Assembly (NCBI RefSeq): GCF_000092465.1
Contig: NC_014205.1
Location: 1,170,001 to 1,202,000, forward strand
From: Staphylothermus hellenicus DSM 12710
GTDB taxonomy: Archaea > Thermoproteota > Thermoprotei_A > Sulfolobales > Desulfurococcaceae
Direction: 5' to 3'
Length of the DNA: 32,000 nucleotides
Under the pieces are notes generated by a model, which saw only the letters and a list, made by a program, of their open reading frames with translations, had not been told where the DNA came from and made no database searches. Positions 16,267-23,618 of this stretch are shown one piece after another (positions within the stretch are counted from its first letter, which is position 1; each line of letters starts with the position of its first letter). Position numbers and translations under genes: made by a program.

Positions 16267-17549
16267 CTACTAACACCAAGTCTTCTATATATTAGGTCTT
16301 CAACATGTTTCTCAAATAGATCTAGTGGTCCATAATGAATGCTTATCAGCGTTGTTCTACCCCGTAACCCCTTACCGCTAGTTCTCGCATCTATAACCCC
16401 AGCTTTCTTAAGATTCATAACGTATTCATAGATCTGTGTATGCCTACGTGGTTGTTCGCCTAGAACTTCGCAAAGTACTTCATATTCCTTCTCCACTTCG
16501 CCCATTTTAACGAATGGTTTACCAGTCCTACGGAGAAGCCTTATGATCGCCCATAAAATTATTAGTTCGTGAACAGGGCTGTACAGGATAGATTCTGATA
16601 TGTTTATAATTTCTCGAGATGTTTTCATAATAGCTTTACGTACATGATCTAACTGTATCTTATCGGCGCCTTCGCTTTCAGCCATATCGCCAGCCAACAA
16701 TAATATTTCGATTGCGTGTCTAGCGTTTCCTCCACCACCATGGTCACTTCCCTCATAATCAGCTATGAATCTTAGAACTTCATCGTCAACAACTCCTTCA
16801 TAAAATGCTTGGGAGGCTCTATATTTTAGAATGTCGAATAATTCGCTTGAGGTGTATGGTTTAAGCTTAATCATGTGTCTTAATAAGTAGCTTTCAGTTG
16901 TACTATCCAGTAATGATAGCTTAGATGTATCTAGTGATATAAAGATAAAGTTTAGTCTCTTTATACTAGCATTTATATCATCATATGTTCTAACAATAAA
17001 GTATACTGCATCACTGCCGGCAATGCTTGCAAAGTAATGGAATTCATCGAGAGTAACTATAGCATAAGTATCGCTTTCATCAAGATAGCCGAGGATAGCA
17101 TCATACATTTCTTTAACAGATAATCCTCTTGATGGTAAAGGTATCTCTAATTGCCTAGCAATTTCTGTGACAACATTATAGAGTGTGCGGTTACGATGAC
17201 AATTGATATGCACATACCTTATATTGTATCCTTTAATCTTAGCGGCTCTTGTAAAGTCTCGGCCGAAAACTCTAGCTGTCACGGTTTTCCCAGTACCTAC
17301 ACTACCAACAATTAATACTCTTTGAGAGAAACTACCTGGGCTTGTAATTAAGTGTTTAAATGCTGAAACTAATGCTTTAATTTCTCTTTCACGATGAGGT
17401 AGATTATCAGGAATATATTCGGGTGTTAAACTCTCCCTGCTCTTAAAAATAGTTGGCTTGTTTAATTCTTCCTCAATAATTTTCCATGTACTAGGTTTAT
17501 CTTCGTAGATCATAGAGTACCGCACCCAAACTTTCGCTCTACTATTCAC
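16263..17549 (-). CDS. cdc6: Orc1/Cdc6 replication initiator (AAA+ plus C-terminal winged helix)
   Basis: Contains LPHREREIKAL, Walker A GSVGTGKTV and Walker B VTLDEFHY, followed by a lid domain and C-terminal wH. An alternative start is ATG 17513 (MIYEDKP). Confidence 0.9.
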   Translation of the reverse strand: MNSRAKVWVRYSMIYEDKPSTWKIIEEELNKPTIFKSRESLTPEYIPDNLPHREREIKALVSAFKHLITSPGSFSQRVLIVGSVGTGKTVTARVFGRDFTRAAKIKGYNIRYVHINCHRNRTLYNVVTEIARQLEIPLPSRGLSVKEMYDAILGYLDESDTYAIVTLDEFHYFASIAGSDAVYFIVRTYDDINASIKRLNFIFISLDTSKLSLLDSTTESYLLRHMIKLKPYTSSELFDILKYRASQAFYEGVVDDEVLRFIADYEGSDHGGGGNARHAIEILLLAGDMAESEGADKIQLDHVRKAIMKTSREIINISESILYSPVHELIILWAIIRLLRRTGKPFVKMGEVEKEYEVLCEVLGEQPRRHTQIYEYVMNLKKAGVIDARTSGKGLRGRTTLISIHYGPLDLFEKHVEDLIYRRLGVSR

Positions 17550-17585
17550 ATATACTTATCTCCTTTAAAAAATGAACTACCCTCA

Positions 17586-18041
17586 TTAACACTTAGCTCT
17601 ACCGATAAAAAGATCATTATCTATAACCTCAATATAGAGACACATATTAGATCTAGGATCGTGGACTGCGTTTTTACTTTTTAAAAGATCCATTATATGC
17701 TTCCATAAAACTTTACTTAAACCCCGCTTACCCCTTATTCTCAGCTTAACCTTAATTCTTTCACCAACACCTACTATTTCAAGAATTTTACTGATGTTTT
17801 CAAGGCTGAATTTATCATGTAAATGAATAGGGATTATATTCTTTATAAATCCGTACTCGGAGGATAACGCGTAAACGTATGCTTTGTAAGGATCAAGATT
17901 AGAATATACTAATAATAAGCCCGGATATCTTGTTCGAACAACTTTTACATCCGGATCATGTATGAAAAGAACGTTACCTATCTCTTCTTCACACCATTCC
18001 TCGCTTCCAGCTTTACATGTTACTATAAGGGTGGGTTTCAA
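17586..18041 (-). CDS. small THUMP-domain-like RNA-binding protein
   Basis: 151-aa ORF. The start TLIVTCKAGSEEWCEEEI and overall pattern resemble stand-alone archaeal THUMP proteins. The TTG start overlaps the trkA stop. Confidence 0.4.
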   Translation of the reverse strand: MKPTLIVTCKAGSEEWCEEEIGNVLFIHDPDVKVVRTRYPGLLLVYSNLDPYKAYVYALSSEYGFIKNIIPIHLHDKFSLENISKILEIVGVGERIKVKLRIRGKRGLSKVLWKHIMDLLKSKNAVHDPRSNMCLYIEVIDNDLFIGRAKC

Positions 18042-18688
18042 ATCTTTAGCACCTTAGAGATTTCATCGTAGTAATTAGCTTTAACAGCTAATAATATACT
18101 GTCACCAGATTTTATCACTAGATCGTTTTTGGGAAAATAAGCTTCTTGATCACGATAAAGGAGTAGTATCTGTGCTTTATCTTTGTCTATGGGTAATTCA
18201 CTTATTTTTTTACCATCGTATTCAGAAGGTATTTTTGCTACCAATAACCTGATATTGCTGCGCATAATTGTTGATATGTTTAATATATCAAATCCTTTAA
18301 GCATAGACAAGGCTTGAGCTATAACAAGTCTTCCAGGATTGATTATATCGTTTATACCCATATTGATCAAGAGATCATTATAGATGGGATCCTGTATTTT
18401 GACAATGATCTTTTTAACTCCAATCGATTTAGCTATTAAAGAAATAATTATATTATCCCTATCATTACCTGTTAAAGCCACTAATACATCTGCATCTTTT
18501 ATACCAGCCTCCCCTAAGACATGAGGATGCGCAGCATTTCCTTTAATAACAAGGCAATCAAGCTTCTCGGCAAGCTCTTCAGCGCGTTTCTCATCCGCTT
18601 CAATTAAAACTACATCATGTTCTTCCTTAATCAGAGCCTCTGCTAGTTCCGCACCAGTCTCTCCTCCACCAGCAATCACTACCTTCAT
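18038..18688 (-). CDS. trkA: Trk/Ktr potassium uptake system, NAD-binding regulatory subunit (TrkA-N + TrkA-C)
   Basis: N-terminal Rossmann motif MKVVIAGGGETGAELAEAL plus a C-terminal TrkA-C-like domain. It lies directly downstream of trkH. Confidence 0.8.
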   Translation of the reverse strand: MKVVIAGGGETGAELAEALIKEEHDVVLIEADEKRAEELAEKLDCLVIKGNAAHPHVLGEAGIKDADVLVALTGNDRDNIIISLIAKSIGVKKIIVKIQDPIYNDLLINMGINDIINPGRLVIAQALSMLKGFDILNISTIMRSNIRLLVAKIPSEYDGKKISELPIDKDKAQILLLYRDQEAYFPKNDLVIKSGDSILLAVKANYYDEISKVLKI

Positions 18689-18692
18689 CTAA

Positions 18693-19541
18693 TCACCTCT
18701 TCTTGATACTATAGTATAAATTAGTCAATACAATTATAAATGGGATTATCTCGACTCTTCCCAGCCACATATCAATAATTAGTATAAGTTTAGGAATAAT
18801 AGGTAGTGCTGGACTAGATATACCTACGCTTAAACCCGTAGTAGCTAGAGCAGAGGATACCTCGAAAAAACTATCGACTATACTGTATCCATATAGTGAG
18901 ACAATATATGCAGAAACTATGAGAACTATTACGTATATGCCTAGAAGAGTATAAGCAAACATTATTTCGAAACTAGGTACAACCTTATCCCTGATCTTAA
19001 CCTGTATGACAGCGTCTTTAGGCATATAAAGTCTTTTAATATTTGCAAGAATAGATTTAAAAATAATAACGATCCTCAACTGTTTTAAACCACCACCTGT
19101 AGAGCCGAAACCTGCACCAATAATCATTAGTATAGATAATGCGAACTTGGCGGGATCGCTTAATAACTTGTTATTAATCGCTGAAAACCCAGTAGTAGAA
19201 AGAGCTGAAATAACCTGAAACAATGTTTCCGAATTAATATTTCCAACAGTAATTGAAATAAGTATAAAACCTATAATGGTAAATAATACGAAACTAGTAA
19301 GTTGAGGATCTCTCAATATCTCCCGTAGTTTTCCTCTAAACAACAAATAATACATGGCTAGTGGCTGGGCACTTATAAACATTAAGATCAATGGGACAAA
19401 TATATATCCATTATTAAAAAAGCTAATGCGTGAAAAACCTCCCGTGCTAATAGTTGTCAAAGAATTTAGTACCGAATCTAAAAGGGTAAAGCCAGAGATA
19501 AAATATAGAAATATATACAAAACCGTGAAAACAATATATTT
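18693..19541 (-). pseudogene. trkH: trkH/ktrB potassium transporter, C-terminal fragment (pore repeats D2-D4)
   Basis: Three pore-loop motifs are present (LTTISTGGFS, ALSTTGFS, ALATTGLS), plus the Gly-rich D3M2 segment IGAGFGSTGGGLKQLR. The frame is closed by a stop at 19542-19544, where the IS sequence begins. Confidence 0.7.
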
Positions 19542-19722
19542 TCACAATGATTTTTATTGTAGAAATGCTTAAAGGTTTTATCTTGTATTTGCCTACTGAA
19601 GCTGTTTAAGCATTTCATAGGCAAACGTATTATTTGAGGAGTAAATCTGGTCTGAGAGATATTGGTGAAGTATGAAAGGTTTTTAAACCCTAGATACTAT
19701 AGGTATTTGTGGTGTATGGGGT

Positions 19723-19872
19723 ATGGCTAGGAAGACTACTATTGAGGTTGTTGATGAGGAGTTGTGGGCTTGGGCTCAGTATAGAGCTAAGGTGCTTGGT
19801 ATGAAGACAAGCCAATACATTTTCACATTGATCAGGAAGGATAGAGAGGGAAAAGTCGTGTGGAAACAATAA
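19723..19872 (+). CDS. small ribbon-helix-helix (CopG-like) protein, 49 aa; not in the supplied ORF track
   Basis: Translated by hand: MARKTTIEVVDEELWAWAQYRAKVLGMKTSQYIFTLIRKDREGKVVWKQ. This fits a beta-strand plus two helices. A TTTTTAAA TATA-like box lies about 36 nt upstream. Its 3' end overlaps the tnpB GTG start by 13 nt. Confidence 0.5.
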   Translation: MARKTTIEVVDEELWAWAQYRAKVLGMKTSQYIFTLIRKDREGKVVWKQ

Positions 19873-21032
19873 AAAGCTACAAGGTTCCGATAAATGCGCC
19901 AAAAGATCTAATCAAAGCATACTTCGAAATCAAGAAGAAGACTTTAAATGAGATCCTAAAACACATCAACTACTCCAAGCATGGAAAAGCCCACCTAAAA
20001 TTCGGGAGGGAGGATAGGAGAAGGCTGAGAAACAAGCTCTTAAAGAATTGGGAATACGCCAAACACTATGTTGACTCAGCAATAAACTCAGTTATCTCCT
20101 TAGTGAAGAGCTGGATCACTCTACACAACAAGGGAAGAGCTAAAAAGCCACCAAGTATAACCAGAAAGACTGTTTACATCAAGACTACGCTCTTCAAAGT
20201 CAAGGATAACAAGATAAGAATCACGATCAAGCCCAGACAGTACTTAGAAGTTGACTTATCAAAATTCAGTTACCTGCCAAAAGACTACGACAGAATCGGG
20301 GGTCTAATTCTTCAGGAGAACAAGCTTATCATAACTTTCAAGAAGAACGTGGAGGTAAAGAATGTTAAGGACTGCGCCTCCTTCGACGCGAATCTAACAA
20401 ACGTGACGGGATACATTAACGGCAGAATAGTTAGGTATGACCTTAGAAAACTATACCATATCCACAGAGTTTACGAGGAGAAGAGGAGACGGATTCAGAA
20501 GCTGGATAAAACCAAGCCCAAGACATCTAAGAGGTTGATGGAAAAATATTCTAGGAGGGAGTGGAATCGTGCAAGAGATATTATGCATAAGTTAACAACT
20601 GGTATTGCGAGAATGCTTACCTCACTAAATCATGGAGTAATCCTTGAAGACCTAAAGAATATTAAGGAAAGAACTCTGAGAAAGGGTAAAGACTTTAATA
20701 GGAAGATCTCGAAATGGAATGCTAGGACATTTCAATACATGCTTGAATACAAGCTTAGATGGCTTGGTCTCCCAGTAAAATACGTTAATCCTGCTTATAG
20801 CTCGCAGACCTGCCCCCTCTGCTCAGGCAGGCTTACTGCCTATGGGGGCAGGCTAATGAAATGCACGAGATGCGGATTCATATGGGATAGAGATGTTGTA
20901 GCCGTATTAAACCTTCGGATGCGGGGCCTCAGGGGTTGCCCCGAGAGGGGGCGAGGCATCCACGAACAAGGATCCGTGGATGCAGATGCGCCCCAAAGCC
21001 TACATAGGCAGATCAAAGCCTATGCAGGCTGA
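19860..21032 (+). CDS. tnpB: TnpB (OrfB, IS1341-type RuvC-like RNA-guided endonuclease)
   Basis: 390 aa. RuvC-I is SFDANLTN, RuvC-II is VILEDL, the zinc finger is CPLCSGRL...CTRCGF, and RuvC-III is IWDRDVVAVLN. The catalytic D/E/D triad appears intact. Confidence 0.9.
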   Translation: METIKSYKVPINAPKDLIKAYFEIKKKTLNEILKHINYSKHGKAHLKFGREDRRRLRNKLLKNWEYAKHYVDSAINSVISLVKSWITLHNKGRAKKPPSITRKTVYIKTTLFKVKDNKIRITIKPRQYLEVDLSKFSYLPKDYDRIGGLILQENKLIITFKKNVEVKNVKDCASFDANLTNVTGYINGRIVRYDLRKLYHIHRVYEEKRRRIQKLDKTKPKTSKRLMEKYSRREWNRARDIMHKLTTGIARMLTSLNHGVILEDLKNIKERTLRKGKDFNRKISKWNARTFQYMLEYKLRWLGLPVKYVNPAYSSQTCPLCSGRLTAYGGRLMKCTRCGFIWDRDVVAVLNLRMRGLRGCPERGRGIHEQGSVDADAPQSLHRQIKAYAG

Positions 21033-21040
21033 ACCCCATA
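20900..21040 (+). ncRNA. candidate omegaRNA (reRNA) scaffold overlapping the tnpB 3' end and the IS right end
   Basis: A sharp GC-rich island in an AT-rich genome. Hairpins: CCTC-A-GGGG/CCCC-GA-GAGG (20927-20948), a perfect 9-bp GCATCCACG/CGTGGATGC (20956-20983), and a 7-bp CATAGGC/GCCTATG (21003-21024). Extent approximate. Confidence 0.4.
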
Positions 21041-21333
21041 ATAGGTAATGCACACGTAAAACTAGGTACAACGAAAGCGAGAACAGCAACAGTATACGCT
21101 TCAACAATATTAATTTCCCCTAAAACACCTACTCTGCGCAAAATAAATGCTAATAGAAGCAACACAATTAAATCAAGCACTAAAAACAATATAAACAAAA
21201 ATCTTTCACCAACAAGTAATGAAAAAATAATTGGAACTACATGGGAAAAACCAAGCAAATAAAACATGCTGCTTAGATAGTAACCAATAATTCTCCATCT
21301 AATCAAAAATAATATCACCATAATCATGATCAA
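21013..21333 (-). pseudogene. trkH: trkH/ktrB N-terminal fragment (three TM helices), reading into the IS right end
   Basis: Three hydrophobic helices end in ...VPSFTCALPIM. The last 7 codons (GFSLHRL-stop) are IS-derived (21016-21036). Confidence 0.55.
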
Positions 21334-21519
21334 TATATTATAAAAATTAAAAAATTACTTCAAAACCTATTAATTCGCTTTTAATACAAGTTAATACAAG
21401 TACGAATATTAACATAAGAAATTCCTACAACCAGGTGAACAAACCATAACTGTCGGCCTAAAATAATAAATAGCAAATATAACCTTGTGAAAGATCATCC
21501 TCGTACATTCGACATTGGT

Positions 21520-22032
21520 TTAATACGAGAAAATATTCCTAACTATTTTATCCATATTATGGTCTCTGAGTATGAATACATTCTTAACTATATTCTCCGG
21601 TAATTCCGACAACCATTTAGGTTTACGTCTTGAAGTTGTTAATAAGTATAGATTTACATGTAGAGACTCTAGGAAGATAATAGCAAGTCTAAGAGGTATA
21701 CGCGGCTTCACAGTTAATGAACTAATAAGAACTAAGACTTTTTCATTACCTAATCCTTCATCGAAATCAATCAACATATCACCGGCTTCATATAAGCCTA
21801 AAGCTGGTTCAGGTCTACCCTTCACGACCGGAATAGACTCATATATTTTATCTACTCTGTAAAAATCAGTGGTAAGGTCCATGAAGGGTGCAGCCCATTT
21901 TGAGAAAACAACTAATCCAAGCCTTATCATATCACGATTCAATATACGTGATTTAATTGTGTTTAGGAACTTCACAACTTTCCCTACATCTATAAAATAG
22001 CTTTTCTCAGCAACAATAACTATATCGATCAT
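21520..22032 (-). CDS. vWA-fold paralog with degenerate MIDAS (170 aa)
   Basis: It is collinear with the upstream vWA protein: beta1 is IVIVAEKSYF versus VFIIDTSYSM, and VLVLISSL aligns with TIMITDGG. The metal-coordinating DxSxS and D residues are lost. An ATGA overlap joins it to the upstream gene. Confidence 0.45.
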   Translation of the reverse strand: MIDIVIVAEKSYFIDVGKVVKFLNTIKSRILNRDMIRLGLVVFSKWAAPFMDLTTDFYRVDKIYESIPVVKGRPEPALGLYEAGDMLIDFDEGLGNEKVLVLISSLTVKPRIPLRLAIIFLESLHVNLYLLTTSRRKPKWLSELPENIVKNVFILRDHNMDKIVRNIFSY

Positions 22033-22601
22033 TTCTGATTACCAGAGAATATATTTCTAAACAATTTCATTAACCCCATTATCGTTTCTGATTTATTCTC
22101 AACAATTAGTACTTCGCCATTGCATATTTTTGTCGAGTAAAACATTTGATCGAGATCAGTTGTATTTACATAGTCTTTAATTGCAATAAAACTTGTTTTA
22201 ACACCTGAATTTGCCGCATAAATTGCTGCTATATTTAAGGGGATGCCTTCGTTGAAGCCGCCATCGGTTATCATAATAGTTTCCTTTAAACCATTTTTTC
22301 TTCGCATCATTTTAACTGCTTCGATCAATCCATCGCCGGGAGCACTGCCTTCACCCAGTATTTCCAGCTCTCTTATACTCATTAAAACTCCCTCTCTACT
22401 TATAGTTAAGGATAGGATTGGATAAGCTTTACTAAAAAAGACTACAGCTCCAACCCTAACGTCTTTATATTTATCAAATAATCTTGTTAGAGCATATGCT
22501 AAGACTTCCTTAACGGCCCTGATCTTGTTTGGGACAAAATCATTGAATTTTCTGCTCATACTATACGAGGTATCAATGATAAAAACTATGTTGCGCCACA
22601 T
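22029..22601 (-). CDS. von Willebrand factor A (vWA) domain protein with intact MIDAS (190 aa)
   Basis: Contains the DxSxS motif (FIIDTSYSM), the GEGSAPGDGL loop and ITDGG, in an alternating beta/alpha pattern. Its start lies 1 nt after the upstream stop. Confidence 0.7.
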   Translation of the reverse strand: MWRNIVFIIDTSYSMSRKFNDFVPNKIRAVKEVLAYALTRLFDKYKDVRVGAVVFFSKAYPILSLTISREGVLMSIRELEILGEGSAPGDGLIEAVKMMRRKNGLKETIMITDGGFNEGIPLNIAAIYAANSGVKTSFIAIKDYVNTTDLDQMFYSTKICNGEVLIVENKSETIMGLMKLFRNIFSGNQK

Positions 22602-22602
22602 C

Positions 22603-23373
22603 TTAGATTCCTCCTAGAAATTCTTCGGGAACAGAGATAGGGATGGTTTTTAGCCTGAAAATATAATCTCTAATTTGATCCATGGATAACTCGCGTTGAA
22701 GAGTATATATTAGTGATAACACACTTGTAGAAACTACATTATTTTTAGCAGCGTATTCACGAGTTCTAATATCATCCGATATGAGCACGGCTTTATATTT
22801 TTTGGAAAAATAGATCGCGTATTGTTCATGTAATGTTAATTTAACATTATCACTATGAACTCTCAGATTACCTACATCGAAAAACTTTATGAAACCCTCA
22901 TTCTTCAAATAACTTGATAAGCGTCTAAAAAATAGGGCTTCAGCCCATCCAGAAATGGAGCTTGGTATATAGAATACGTATCCCTTATTTGAAAGTTTCT
23001 TTACTACCTCGAATAAATCAGCCTTGTAAATAATATATATTGTCAATGGGTCTAGAACGTGTTTATTTTGTGGATCTAGAAAGAAAATTTCATTCATACT
23101 TGTAGCTCCAAGCATGGGATACAATCCTCTAGCAAGGAAATACTCTATCATATCATCAAAAGACATTTCAGCAAAACTAGTAATATATTGAAAACTTGCT
23201 TCTCCTCTTAAATAAAGATTTAAAGCAATCTCTTTCAAATCAATTCTCTCTAAAAATCTTCTAACAGCATCACGGACAGCCTCACTAATGCTAGAATAAT
23301 ATCCCAATTCTACAAGTCTTTTGAGTTTCTCTTTAAGTATGTCTCCTAGTTCTATCTCAACCATTAAGATCAT
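22603..23373 (-). CDS. fusion protein: N-terminal RHH (CopG-like) + UPF0175-like HTH + PIN-like (DUF3368-type) nuclease domain
   Basis: RHH: VEIELGDILKEKLKRLVELGYYSSISEAVRDAVRRFLER. UPF0175-like: ALNLYLRGEASFQYITSFAEMSFDDMIEYFLARGLYP. PIN-like: HVLDPLTIYIIYKADLFEVVKKL...YIPSSI, then HEQYAIYFSKKYKAVLISDDIRTREYAAKNNV...SVLSLIY. Confidence 0.55.
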   Translation of the reverse strand: MILMVEIELGDILKEKLKRLVELGYYSSISEAVRDAVRRFLERIDLKEIALNLYLRGEASFQYITSFAEMSFDDMIEYFLARGLYPMLGATSMNEIFFLDPQNKHVLDPLTIYIIYKADLFEVVKKLSNKGYVFYIPSSISGWAEALFFRRLSSYLKNEGFIKFFDVGNLRVHSDNVKLTLHEQYAIYFSKKYKAVLISDDIRTREYAAKNNVVSTSVLSLIYTLQRELSMDQIRDYIFRLKTIPISVPEEFLGGI

Positions 23374-23618
23374 CTCCTACGATAAAAATAATATATTCAT
23401 ATTCATTAATGCCTTAACCGCATATATCCATAAATAATGCTTTAGATGTTAGCAATTGTTAAAAGCATAATATTCATATAGTTTCACAGTATCAAATATT
23501 TTTCTAAAAATCCTAGAAAAAATCATTAGTATTCAAGAAACGCTTAAACACTTTCAAAAAATGAATTGTATAAAAAAGTTTTGTTTTTATTATTTCTAGT
23601 TTATCTAATTTATCTAAC

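Larger units (their letters stand above)
19545..21040 (+). mobile_element. IS200/IS605-family element without tnpA (RHH ORF + tnpB), inserted in trkH; ends approximate
   Basis: It is flanked on both sides by trkH fragments on the opposite strand. Subterminal hairpins share a GCCTA...TAGGC core: left at 19591-19622 and right at 21003-21024. No Y1 transposase ORF is present. Confidence 0.7.

Noticed and set aside
17550-17585. Replication origin adjacent to orc1/cdc6
   Set aside because: The spacer is only 36 nt and has no ORB-like or mini-ORB repeats. The other side of the gene overlaps the wH ORF.
19690-19902. 70-aa minus-strand ORF
   Set aside because: It is antisense to the RHH ORF and the tnpB start inside the IS, and has Ser/Leu/Pro-rich composition.
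21381-21400. Tandem duplication TTAATACAAG x2 upstream of the trkH N-terminal fragment
   Set aside because: There are only two copies of an AT-rich 10-mer in a promoter spacer. This is consistent with slippage or chance and has no supporting structure.
21572-22425. Plus-strand ORFs 21572-21862 and 22243-22425
   Set aside because: They are antisense shadows of the two vWA-fold genes.
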